A DNA stretch of 60,409 bases, counting the filler, from Sphacelaria rigidula (lineage: Eukaryota), in the NCBI GenBank assembly GCA_964200075.2. It is 10 parts of 10 records of this genome, joined end to end, with 100 filler letters (N's around TTAATTAATTAA, not from the genome) between each part and the next. Parts side by side here need not be neighbours in the genome. Positions count along the whole stretch, not along the records: positions 36,307 to 42,257 come from CAXNAA020023274.1; positions 42,358 to 48,308 come from CAXNAA020023275.1; positions 48,409 to 54,359 come from CAXNAA020023276.1; 7 more parts are not named here. One strand, given 5' to 3'. Positions 38,808 to 50,910 of this stretch are shown one piece after another (positions within the stretch are counted from its first letter, which is position 1; every line of letters begins with the position of its first letter). Made by a program: the position numbers and the translations under genes. The notes under the pieces are model-generated. The model was not told the DNA's origin. It searched no databases and was given only the letters and a program-made list of their open reading frames with translations.

Positions 38808-39947
38808 ATGGCCTCGCAAGATCTGCTAGAAATTCTGGGGAGTGGTGCCATATTCTCAGGAAAGAGTCGACGGAAAGACGTTGAACGCCGGCGAGGTGAT
38901 TGCCAAGCCACAGGCTCCGTTGGCTTCTTTCGGCCTGCCGCAGCTGCGAGCGGAAAGAAACGACGACGTGAGACTGATGGCGACCAGTCCATCGCCACGA
39001 GCGTTGCTGGTGGTGGCAGCCATGAGACCCCTTCCTCTGATGGCAATGGTATTGATAGTGATTTACGCTCGCGCCCCAAACCGAGGAAGAAAACCAGCGC
39101 GGGTGCGGATGTGACGCTGTTTCATCCACGATGTTCATCCAACGCCAAGAACAGTCGAAAGGCCGAGACGGCTGCGGCAGACATGCCACCACGTGAGGCA
39201 AAATCGCTCCAAATACGTACAGAAGAGGTTGCATGTTTTCGCAGACGGATGGGTATTCGTGTCAAGGGCGATTATGTATCAGATCCTATGGAGACATTCA
39301 GAGACATGCCTAACTCAGGAACAGGTGTCGCTTCTTCGAACACCAGGCGGATCCTTTTGAAGAATGTCGAGGAATCCGCTTGGAAAGAGCCCACACCCGT
39401 CCAAATGCAAGCCGTCCCGGTCCTTGTTGCTGGACGAGATTTACTAGCCGCGGCGCCTACAGGATCGGGAAAGACGGCTGCGTTTGTAATGCCCATGATA
39501 CTGAGGATTGGAGGGCATGAAGGGGTTGAGACTGGTGGCAGCGGTGTGCGTGGAATCCTACTGGCTCCCACACGAGAGCTGGCCGCACAGATCCATCGTG
39601 ACGTAGTCCGTCTCTCACGTGGGCGTAAGCTCCGTGTATGTCTCCTCACAAAAGCTGGTGCCGCTAAGGCAGCTGCTGCAACCGGAATCGATCGCAAAGA
39701 CGCCCTGTCAGCTTACGACATCGTTGTCACGACACCCATGCGACTTGTGGCGCTCATTCGTGATGGAGCCGTGTCACTGTCGAGTGTCAAGATGGTTGTG
39801 CTTGACGAGGCCGATAAGCTCTTCGATGCGGGCACCGCTAGCGGTGGCACCGACAAAGCGTTTGTTGGGCAAGTGGACGAGATTTTGGCTGCCTGCTCCC
39901 ATCGAGATGTTCAAAGGACCCTATTCAGCGCAACCATTGGTGCACAT
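38808..39947 (+). CDS. DDX52: DEAD-box RNA helicase DDX52/ROK1, exon 1
   Basis: Q motif WKEPTPVQMQA, motif I APTGSGKT, Ia PTRELA, Ib TPMRL, DEAD, SAT; CAT|GTAAGT donor. Confidence 0.9.
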
Positions 39948-40054
39948 GTAAGTATTGTACACGCACCGTTGTACGTGCGAGCTCGCTTACTGCGAGCTGT
40001 AGCTGCTCTTAACCCACACATTCTCATCCTCTGACCCTGCTGTTGGTCCCACAG

Positions 40055-40255
40055 GTGAAAGAGTTGGCAGAGACGGTGTTACGGGATCCTGTATTCCTCA
40101 CGGTGGGTACTGACAACGCCGGAGCCGCCGATATCGATCAGCGCTTGGTTTATGTTGGCAGAGAAGAGGGCAAGTTGCTCGCCATGCGGCAGTTGGTGCA
40201 AGAGGGACTTCGGCCTCCTGTTCTTGTGTTTCTACAGTCCAAAGATCGTGCGAAG
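40055..40255 (+). CDS. DDX52: DDX52/ROK1, exon 2
   Basis: 107-bp GT-AG intron; IDQRLVYVGREEGKLLAMRQLVQEGLRPPVLVFLQSKDRAK is characteristic of ROK1/DDX52; AAG|GTAAG donor. Confidence 0.9.
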
Positions 40256-40682
40256 GTAAGCCTTTTCTACATTCGCAGTTATCCGTTGGGACGTGGTCGA
40301 CGATCGCGCGAAGCCCAGAGTCGTCCCCTCATGCCTTCGAAAGTATGTGCATGTACACAAAGTAGCAGGAAGAACAACGCCGTTTCTGATGGTGCTTGTG
40401 GCGTATCATGTAGTCTAGTGTCACGCTCTCAAATCTTCATTCCGCAGTTATCCCGTCTCAAAAACCTACTGCGGTTTTGCGTTAGGAGGACCCGAATGTC
40501 TGACACCAGCACACGAAAGGTGTGTGCTTCAGATATCACCTCCCTCTGAACTCACATCTGGTGTGAGTCCTCCACGCCACAGTCAGGCAAGCCAACTCTG
40601 AAGATATCCTGTGTAACTAAGCATGTCCTCAAATTTTCTACCGTTCTTGATTTTTGTTTTGACGATGTTTTTGCTATCCTAA

Positions 40683-41736
40683 GGCCGCTTCTTGTAGACT
40701 GTAAAAAGTATCTGACAAAAGTCATTTTGGTCAGTCTCCAGAGACTTTTTTCAGAACACGATCTTACAAGGCCATTTTTCATTAAAAAAAACCTCTGGAA
40801 ATTGGCCACAAATCGCAGACAGCGGGATTTTGCGAAATCTCTCTGCGAATCGCCATCGATTCGCAGAGACTTTTCTCAGTCTGCGAATTGTCGTTCCATC
40901 ACACACTCCTCGCACACCGCACCCGCAATGGTACAGTCAGTGCTCCATCACACATATGCGAGGAATACAGTCAGTGCAAAAGTAGTTGCCCATGTTGTAT
41001 GTACAGTACAGTGCCAACAGCGTAACTGCTGCAGCACTCCGTGCATCCTTTTCATGACCGTAGAACCAGGGACAGACAGTACAGACAGTGCAGTGTTTTT
41101 TTGCCGGCAGCGTTACTACCGTAAAATTGCACGATGTCGCCCCTGCTGGCTGCGTTGACTATGCTCGTATCGTTTCATACTCGTCGTGCCCGCCACCGAT
41201 TGCGTACTCTGTAGTATTCTGCGTACTCAGACGGTTGCTACCGCACTACTAACTGTCACGTGAATTTTTTGTGTGCGGTATTGCACAAACGGTCTGCTGC
41301 ACACATTGCTCCGCTTGCGACACGACTACTACTGTTGTACCAAGCGGCGATCGGCTGAAGTAAGGGTTGATACGCCCATCATTTCGATCCCTACCATACC
41401 AGCAGCTACTGTGCGTGTGCATGTGCCTGTGCATGTGCGTGTCTGCGTGTGTGTTGCCATCCCATCCATGCTGTACCTTGATGGGATTATTTACGTGTTG
41501 GTTTACCACAGGCTTGCCGCAGGTGGCACAAGCACAAAATGCAAATGATGACCACTATGACCACTACCAGCGTGGCACGCAGGCTAGATGATGGCCTCGG
41601 GTGTACAATTCCCCAGGATTTTTTCGTAGACTATGAGGTGGGGTTCTGAAAACTGATTTCTCTGGAGAAAGTGTCCGAGAAAAGTCGTCCAAAACGACTT
41701 TTCTCATAAAGTTTTTCAAGTCTATGGGATGCGGCT
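40683..41736. mobile_element. ~1-kb non-autonomous TIR element (PIF/Harbinger-like ends); inverted copy at about 51468-52357
   Basis: Ends GGCCGCTTCTT(G/A)TAGACTG...AAAAGT and its complement; interior colinear with the contig-9 copy in reverse; TAA/TGA-like 3-bp flanks. Confidence 0.75.
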
Positions 41737-43193
41737 TCATTACGTTTCATGCGAGCGGTGTCGATTTCCTGACGCGATCAAACACACAACAAACACACAC
41801 GTCCAATAAAGGTATACCTTGTGCGCACGGTGTCCAAAAAGAGGTCGAATTGGCTCTCCCACTCTGCTGGAAGCTCCACTCCCGTGAATCTACCTTCACC
41901 CCCCCCTCCTCGCTCGGCCACACCGGCCCTACCCCCCGCCGAAAAAACACCCTCCTCTCCTGTCGCCCTGTCTCGAGGGCCAGCGCCGGCTACCCCCGAC
42001 TCTTCGCGCCCACTGTCGGCGCCAGGGCTCGACATGATATCTACCAGATCAGCCATGACCTCTTGGTTCTTGGCCCTAAACGACCTCCACTGCGGGTCTG
42101 AGCGAAGCGATGTCCACAGCTGCATTAGCCGCTGCCCATGTGGGGTGTTTTTTTTCAAGCACGAAAATGGCGAGAGTTCTTTTGTTAGGGAGGAGGGAGG
42201 AGGGTGTACTCATGATCATGCATGCCATAGTCATCAGACCTTTGACCTCGCATCCCTNNNNNNNNNNNNNNNNNNNNNNNNNNNNNNNNNNNNNNNNNNN
42301 NTTAATTAATTAANNNNNNNNNNNNNNNNNNNNNNNNNNNNNNNNNNNNNNNNNNNNGGGGGTGGGGGGGGGGGGGGGGAGGGGGGAGAAAACAGAATGT
42401 TGGGAATGGCGGGGGGAAAGCCCCAGGCGGCCCCCCCCCCCCCCCCCCCCTTCCCCCATCTCGTGTGGAGTCACTGTACTGCAATATTGTCGAGGGCGAA
42501 GCCCGAGTTCCCCCTAACCACCCGGCGCATTGTTCGTGTTGGAGGAAACGTATTCTCCAGCTGTTGAGGAGGCCAGTATGTTGCAAATCCACAGCAAAAG
42601 CTCAGCTCGAGCCATATCGCCTGATGTGTTGATCCTGTAAAGGCGCAGCCGCCACGCGAGCGTGAAGTTCGAGCTGGGACGGTGCAGCCCGATTTCTTAC
42701 AATATCGCACTGTCAGCACACAGTAACTGCTGTACTACTTTAGCATTACATTCCGCTGGCTCAGTCGTGGGTCTCCACCCGTTACGATCATGGGTATGAC
42801 TATTCATCGGGGATATCGATCTGGGATATCATACCTATGATTGGTGTCGATCACGGTTGTGGATATCCATCACTGAGATGGATATCCATCACTGAGATGG
42901 ATATCCATCTGATTGAGACATAACCCTAGCCCTAGCACCAGCTATTACTAACAGTAACATGAACTCCAATCCTACCGCTAACCCTATATCTTCTCTACAA
43001 GATGGATATCAATGTCACAGATAAAAATCTTATGTCGATATGGGTGAGATATCTATACCATGATGGATATTGCACGACAATGCAACACAGCGGGAGAAAA
43101 GCCTCTTATGAACGCTGTCACTTATTCCATCGAGCCACTGACGCATTTTATGTCCGCATAATTGTATTGCGCCCCGCCGTCCTTGTTTTCCAG

Positions 43194-46100
43194 CTCACAC
43201 TGATTGTGTGGTCTCAAGTCATGGTGCAGATGATGGTCGAGGCGACTTTCGCCGGCAACTCCACGAGTCGGGCAATACACGCGGTTCAAATCGTAGTTGG
43301 GTGAGTCACTCAGGAACTGCTTCTCCCGAACAAAGGAGCGCGCCCTCTTTCATTCATGTCCTAGGCTTGATCAAATACAGCAGTCAAATGCAGAGGCGTA
43401 CATCCGTCAATCACGCGGTTCGCACTCGTGAGTGGTCAGGTGATGCAAAGGTTTCACGGAATTAGATAATCAACGTCTGAAACTTTGTGGCGGCATCACT
43501 GCCAACGCTTGGAGAATTCCACGATGACGCCATCCGCTTGCCGATGCCCCCATCAGGTTGCTTGCAACCGTGCCAGGTTCCATCATCCTTCCCTACTATT
43601 TCCGAGCTGCGGTCGCACCACCTGAGTCAATCACCAACGCTCACATTTGGCTGAAAGATTCATCAGCGGCTAGCGCCAACATGTATCAGCAGCAACAACG
43701 ACCGAAGCAAACCGACAAGAAGAAACAGATCACTGGCATCGAGGACGTGAAGACTACCGGGTCTACTGGCGAGCAGGCGCGGCAGTGATACCAACGCTCC
43801 AGCAAGGCAATGGCTGCAGTTCATCTAATACGGTCTACTATAAAGAGGCGCTTCGGTGCTGGTGGCAACCCCGAGGAAAGGCCTCACACACCGATCGGAA
43901 AACCCTTGACACGTGGAACGTGAGCGCCAGAGGAACTCTCCCTCACGATTTTTATTTCGAAGTGGCATGACATGGAGGGGAATGACCCCCTATAGGATTG
44001 AGCCCACCGAATATGTTTGTCTTAGGGTCGAGCACCGCGCATTGAGGAGCGACCAGCAGCTGATGAGAATGCTCCCGTTTCAACGTGCTGCTGCTTTTAT
44101 GGATGGATATTCCTTAATCGCGATGCAACGCACTGGTGCGGTCAATGTAAATAGAACACAGCTTAGATCCTGTATCTACTGAATCTACATGAGGGCACAT
44201 TTGCAACCTAAGCATGCACCATGCCCGGGGGATCTAACCTCGCTCTATGCTCTCAGGGGTTTTACATGGGTAGGACTAGAGCACTTGGTGCTGGATGTGG
44301 CGTGCTTGGCACTTTCAGCAGCCCTCTCGGATGACCAGCGACGGCGGGATTACATGATAGCAGCGGCAGGCGGAAATATCGTCCTTGGGGCGGTGATAAT
44401 AGGTGCAGAGAAGTCACCCAGGCATCCACACCACATCATCCACCCACGCACGAGAAACCCCTCATTGACTAAACAAAGTCCCTTTGTAATCAACACCCAC
44501 ATAAGGACACGTGCAGTGCTCTGTTTGTAGCTTGTAATGTCCGATCTTGCATGTCCGGGCAACTGCTTTGCTGAGGGCATAGCCGTCCACGTCAATCACA
44601 GCACTACACTGATATAATAGAATAGCGTAATCTACGTCAGTATTTATCCCTTGGACCCACGACGAATAATGTTTGACCGCAGTGTGGTTGGATCCTCACT
44701 GAACTATGGAATTCCACCTCTCGTTGAAGCGCAATATTATATCACTCGGGAGTCGCACGGTATGTACCGCGGGTATTAGCTCACCGCGACCCCGCGCCCC
44801 GCCCCAAACGCCCCCGGATACACTGAACCTGACTTTTAGGGGGTGGCATGTTTTGATAATTGAAACGCAGGTACCCCTGGTATATCGCGCGTTTCTTTTG
44901 ATGGCGTGTGTTGTTGCAGATGCTGTTCTCACAACTCGAGCGTCGACATTCAGCTTGTTCAACGCCACCATGATGGCGGCCATGGTTTTTGCAAGATTCT
45001 GCGCAATACTCCTCCAAGCAATGCTGTCCTACTACGGCTGGAGGATGTCTACTTCGTCGACGGACTCGGTCGTGTACATCTTTGTGCTCATCGTCTCCGC
45101 CATCAAGCTGGTGCTTTGCTACATGGTAGGGGGGCTTCGAAGAGACACGTTCGAGGGTTCGATCGAAACACCCGCGTACATGACCCATCCATGCATACTC
45201 CTTGCTTATCGTTTGGTCATCTTTGAACAATGCATCGTCACGTTGTCACACTTGTTTCAGAATAAAAATACTACCGTCCTTGAACGAGATGTTGGATACG
45301 AAGCACCACACCCAACGTTGGCATGGAAGATCGATGCTACACGTCGATCACCTCGAACAATACTAAGCCCTTGTTGTCGATTTATAAACGGCAATCGTAG
45401 GTGGAGGTGTTCTCCTGCATGGATGCGATTGATGAAAATATGTTTACGCAGGTGAGTCGGGTACTCGAAGTGCTGAGAGGCGTCAACTTCATATCTTCCG
45501 CAAAGTTAGAAAGCCGTCTAAGTACTACTGTAGTCACCGGGGTCATGAACTAGCGTTGGTGTCGCTTCACAATTCCCAGGTCGAATATACTCTTTGTAGG
45601 AAGACCCGCAATGTATGTGCCACACGCTGTGCGGTACGGCGCTTGGTGTATACCGAAATGAATGCGAGATTTCCACGTATGAATGAAGGAGAGTGCAATA
45701 CGTGGGAGGGCCGCGTGCTTTTTGGATCGCATCGGAGTTTCAACACAATTACAGTAGGGTTAGTGTTACGGCTAGTGTTCCGCCTAGTGTTACGGTTAGG
45801 GTCAAGGGCGCGGTCCCTGCAGAGGGACTGACCCAAGCGGTCTTGACAAACGTTGATTCTGAGGTGTTCAGATTTCAATACGGTCCAAAACGCACGTGGC
45901 CCTCCTATGAATCACAGAGAGGCTGCTCCGTAGGCCTCTTCAGCGGTGCACACTACCTACCACTATCGAGTAACAGACAATTCTAAAAAATGAGCTTGTA
46001 CACTAAAATGAGGCGCAAGCACAAAACGATGCTTTCTCCGCATTTTCAGCGATGGTATCCAACGACATTTTTGTCGACCAAGCGCCCCTCGATCGCGTAG

Positions 46101-47111
46101 ATACTTCTTCAGCGCATATTACCGACTCTGTGAGCTTACAGCGCTGACCGAAACCGTCATGTTCGCTGATTTTCGAGGGTGAGAAAAGGAAAAACGACGG
46201 TTTCGGTCAGCGCTGTAAGCTCACAGAGTCGGTAATGTGCACTGAAAAGGTATGTACGCGATTGGGGGGCATTAGGTCGACAAAAACGTCAGTGGACACC
46301 ATCGCTGTAAGTGTGGGGAAAGCACTATTTTGGGTTTGAACCTCATTTAAGTGTACGAGCTCATTTTATATCATTATCTGTCCAGTGCAGAAGTAGCATG
46401 GCGGCCAACGGTCAGCTCGCCCACGACCTATTCACACCAGCGTATGTTAGCCTGTCGTGAGGCGTCAGCTCAACCACAACTGAACGGACCAATAAATTAG
46501 AACACTGCGACTGGGAGTGGATCATATCATGCGACCACCCGTGCTTCGAAGGGTCGTGATCTCTCAAGTGTCTATGCAGTGTACCCGGGCGCCGTTTTCA
46601 GTTTTGCCATTGACGCGTCGCCACCTAACCTCTAGCTCGGAAGGAAGTGCATAGCTGCGGCACGTACCTACACAAATTAGGATCCACATGTAGTAAGCGG
46701 AAGTAAACAATGGACGTTACTTCGTCCGTCTCCGCTGCTTTCGTACAAGTCTTGCACCACGCTATTTTCTCGTGCTTGAATCGAGAATCAACTATAGGGG
46801 GTGAGCCGAATTCAGTTCTAAATTTAGTCGACTGAAGCGCATATTTCAGTGATCGTCTCAGATACATTCCATCTGCGTTATTTTTGTGTCGCGCGTAGCT
46901 CTCCATGACCAAAACGTTCGGTCGGCGGTTCAGAAGGAGGTCATCAAAGCATTCGGGCGCAACGAGACAGACAGAGTATTGTAGCAACGGAAAGGCCGTC
47001 GCCGTTGGATCATCTCCCGAGTGGAATGCGCAAGATGTGGCGGCCACGAGAATCCAGGCTGTCGTGCGCAGGTTTCAAGCTCGCAAAAGGTGTGCACATG
47101 CCCTATTTTGA
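43194..47111 (+). CDS. Multi-exon multi-pass membrane protein with C-terminal IQ motif; in-frame TGA at 43786-43788 (possible pseudogene)
   Basis: Phase-compatible GT-AG exons 43194-43300, 43557-43919, about 44257-44402 (alternative: 44026-44134 plus 44274-44402), 44920-45125, 45401-45451, 46899-47111; hydrophobic helices run across junctions (AVQIVVG|LLATVPGSIILPYYF); last exon has AATRIQAVVRRFQARK. Confidence 0.55.
45984..46370. mobile_element. Foldback/palindromic element (~175-bp arms, 37-bp spacer); partial arm also at 18154-18240
   Basis: Perfect 41-bp inverted repeat 46118-46158 / 46196-46236; outer arms are imperfect complements. Confidence 0.85.
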
Positions 47112-47416
47112 TGGCAGCATAAGCTGCAGTTCCAAAAGGTGTTCTCAACGCCACAGACAGGCACATGTAAAGCTCGTCAGCGCGGAAGATCGAGATTCCA
47201 CCACAACTACTACTACGATGACTACGACTCTGACTACGACTTCTACTACTACGACTAGTGCAGCAGTACGATCAGTTTCTGTTGGCTGTTGGTATTTGTG
47301 GTGCTGTTGTTGTCAGTGGTGTTAGCTTTGGTGTCGCCATCGCTGCCGCCGCTGCTGCTGCTGCTGTCGTCGTCGGAATACTCCACACCATGAACAATAC
47401 AAAATGTAATATATAT

Positions 47417-48262
47417 ATATATATATTGCCCGCTCAGAATATCGAAGCGTCGGGTGGTCAATATATATTGGGCGAGCGATATGATGACACGAGAGAGGGT
47501 CAATATATATTGTGCCATCAATATATCATAGCTCGAGACATGCAATATATATCGACCGAACAACATATCACGACACGCGCCACCTCAATATACGTTATCC
47601 GAGAAATATGTTGGGGCGAAAAAGCATAAATATATATTTGTCGAGTAATATATCGGCTGCCACCCGAGGTCAATATATATTGACGATCCAATATACTCGA
47701 CACCTGAAGCATCAATATATATTGCCGCCTCAATATGTCGTGCGTCGATGCGTCCAATATATATGGGGCGGACAATACACGAGGGAACCGACGGTCACAA
47801 TACATGTTGGTGTAGCAAAAAATATTGATTTTCAACATATAGATTGGAAAGTGTTTTGAAATTAGTATGGTGGGCAGTTCTATGTTCGCGGGGGCCATTC
47901 GAAGACGTATCTTACATGCCAAAAACGCTCAATGTATTCCCCCGCAAGCGTGTTCAATAAATATTGGCTGCAAAATAGCTTTCCGATCAGCGTGTGCAAC
48001 ATATATTGGAAAAACAATACTTCTGCATGGTTTACGTTCAATATATATTATGGTAACAATTTGCTACGCATCGCCTCGACTCAATATATATTGACACTTC
48101 AATGCACACACGGCCGGCATGCACAATATATATTGAATGCTTTATTCTCGGAGCAACTGCATGCCCAACATATATTGTCATACATTACTTCATGATCATG
48201 ACACGAGCAATATATGTTGTTGCTTCAATATCTTCGAGAACATCTCAACACAATATATAACA
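47417..48262. repeat. Phased array of the palindrome CAATATATATTG (18 copies, 42-43-bp period, two blocks)
   Basis: Motif starts at 47417, 47459, 47501, 47543, 47586, 47628, 47671, 47713, 47755, 47798 and 47955, 47997, 48039, 48082, 48124, 48166, 48208, 48251. Confidence 0.9.
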
Positions 48263-48408
48263 GCCGATTTTATATTTTGGGGTTCAAACAAAATATGGGG
48301 CTGAAGTGNNNNNNNNNNNNNNNNNNNNNNNNNNNNNNNNNNNNNNNNNNNNTTAATTAATTAANNNNNNNNNNNNNNNNNNNNNNNNNNNNNNNNNNNN
48401 NNNNNNNN

Positions 48409-48678
48409 TCATGGTTTAACAATGTTGTGGAACGGATGAAAAAAAGGGAGGCGGCCCAAAAATGGCCGTTTTTTTACCCTTTCCGAGGGGGGAAAAAGTA
48501 TCGTTTTTTTTTTTTCAATCGCGTGGAACTTCCTGGCAGCAAGCCCTAGTGAAGACGGGGGCGATTAAAAAAACAAAAAAAATGGACACTTCGTTTTCCC
48601 TCGGAAAGGGGCAAAAACGGCTATTTTTTGGGCCGACTACTTTTTTTGCAGCCGTTCCGCGGCATGGTTCAAGCACGA
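48409..48678. mobile_element. Foldback-type element with ~110-bp imperfect inverted arms
   Basis: GGAACGG...GGCCCAAAAATGGCCGTTTTT.ACCCTTTCCGAGGG pairs with CCCTCGGAAAGGGGCAAAAACGGCTATTTTTTGGGCC...CCGTTCC. Confidence 0.7.
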
Positions 48679-49160
48679 GCTGCAAATGTTAAACACATTT
48701 TCTTAACCCCCAAAACACCGTAGAGTTCATTAAAAAAAAAAACGATCGGGTATCATGGAGGGCCCGTACAAATTCAGGTACCTTTACTTACGGGACAGAG
48801 GAAAAAGTATCTCGTTCAGACGGGGCCCTTTGTGCGAGTAGCTTGTGATGGATGGAGAGCAGTAGACCTAAAGCTTTGGTAGTATATCCGTGGTTGACGA
48901 CATGACTACTTGATTTTAGAGTTGAGAAAGTTCTGAGAAACTTGATGGTTTGGGGCAGGTGAGCAGTGGACCCAGCTCGTCCAGATCGTGTTTTTGTCCA
49001 AATCGGCGCCTGCGGCCCCCTTGCGCAAGGATCTCGTATGCCTAGGGTCGGGATTATGGTTAGGGTCGGCGGCATCTCCATAGTGTCGACCATTGTTTAC
49101 GTACATTTCATTAGCCCCCCTCGCTTTCCACGCCTCTCTCCCCCTCTTGTTGTATCTCAG

Positions 49161-49317
49161 GTATGTGCAGACAAGATGGTACCGAGCGCCGGAGTTGCTG
49201 TGCTACGCCAGCACGTATGATACCGGCGTGGACATGTGGAGCGTAGGTTGCATATTTGCTGAGTTATTAGGGAGGCGTCCGTTTTTTCAGGGGAAGAACC
49301 CGATGCACCAACTGAAG
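49161..49317 (+). CDS. Mitogen-activated protein kinase (CMGC), exon covering subdomains VIII-IX
   Basis: [13 protein letters not shown]...[34 protein letters not shown] acceptor, AAG|GTGA donor. Confidence 0.92.
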
Positions 49318-49884
49318 GTGAAGGATACGAGAAGGAAAAAAATCAAAAAAGAAAAACCACCGACGGTGTTTCGGTTCTGATTTTGAATTTTTGGTCATGT
49401 AATTGATGATTGCTTGCGGAATGGCAGTGTTTCTTCTTTTCCAATGCGAAACATGATGCCGATTCAACCGAGACCCAGTGGATGGCACTTTTGGAACATT
49501 CCAAGGGTCGAACAAATCAATGACTCGTCTGGGAGTTACTTGATTTTAGTGCGATTGATTCGTACCGCACGAATCAATCCTTGAGTTTTGTTTCCAGCGT
49601 TGCAGCCCACCAGGTACGCGCAGCCCAAACATGTGGAATGGCGCAAAAAATGCGTGGAGACCGTTTTAACCAGCGGCCAGCTTTCTCTTTTCGTTGAGCA
49701 ATCAGGCCTGAAAAATCGTGGATTTGGTGAGATTCGAACCGGCGATGATTCGTTCGAATCGTGGAACATTCCACACGATCACTCTTGTTTTGTCTTCCGT
49801 ATCGTCATACTGCGAACACCCTCTTGGTTGATTCCTCAGGATGCTTCGTCCGTAAACTCGAGGGACCGATCGGCTAATTTCTTG

Positions 49885-50910
49885 CCCGGTGCCAGTACCG
49901 ATACCGGCCTTGCACTTGATTTTTTTTGTTAACGAGCGTTAGACCAGCATTACTATATCACATCCAATTGATTTCATCATTTTACATCTCTGGCCTCGGT
50001 ACCGGTACCCGTCTTGCAATTAATATTTAGATTAATGAGCGTTGGACCAGCATTACTATATCACATTCAATTGATTTCATCATTTTACATCTCTCTCCCC
50101 GATACCGGTACCCGTCTTACAATTAATATGTAGATTAATGAGCGTTGGACCAGCATTACTATATCACATTCAATTGATTTCATCGTTTTCATCGCTTCTT
50201 CCGGTACCGGTACCCGCCGTGCAATTGGTTTTCAGATTAACGGGCTTTGGACTAGCACTACTATGTCCCATTAATTTGATCCCATCGTTTTCATCTCTTT
50301 CTCCGGTACCGGTACCCGCTGTGCAATTGGTTTTAGGGTTGACGGGCGTTGGACCAGCACTACTATGTCACGTTCAATTGATTTCATCGCTTTCCCCGGT
50401 ACCGGTACCCGCCTTGCAATTGGTTTTAGGGTTGACGGGCGTTGGACCAGCACTACTATCCCATCCAATTGATTCCATCGCTTTCATCGCTTTCCTCGGT
50501 GTACCGGTACCCGCCTTGCAATTGGTTTTGGAGTTAACGGGCGTTGGACCAGCACTACTATATCCCATCCAATTAATTCCATCGTTTTCCCCGGTACCGG
50601 TACCCTCCTTGTAATTGGTTCTAGGGTTAATGGTCGTTGGACCAGCACTACTATATCCCATCCAATTGATTCCGTCGTTTTCATCGCTTTCCCCGGTACC
50701 GGTACCCTCCTTGCAATTGGTTCTAGGGTTGACGGTCGTTGGACCAGCACTACTATATCCCATCCAATTGATTCCATCGTTTTCATCTCTTTCCCCGGTG
50801 CCGGTACCTGTCTTGTGATTGATTGTTTTATTCACAATTATTGGACCAGCACTACTATATCCCACCAAATCGATTCCATCGTGTTTTCATCTCAGTCTAT
50901 GGTACCGGTA
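49885..50910. repeat. ~92-110-bp tandem satellite (about 10 units) with inverted degenerate units at about 51050-51430
   Basis: Unit CCGGTACCGGTACC...TTGCAATTGG...GTTGGACCAGCACTACTATATCCCATCCAATTGATT...; reverse-complement units follow. Confidence 0.9.

Noticed and set aside
47417..48262. Calling the phased array a CRISPR
   Set aside because: Repeat is only 12 bp and degenerate, spacers carry a secondary motif, no cas genes are present and the context is eukaryotic; reported as an unexplained array instead.
50138..50868. Repetitive ORFs (PVPVPA.../GTGTG...) as repeat proteins
   Set aside because: Translations of the intronic satellite; frames differ between units.
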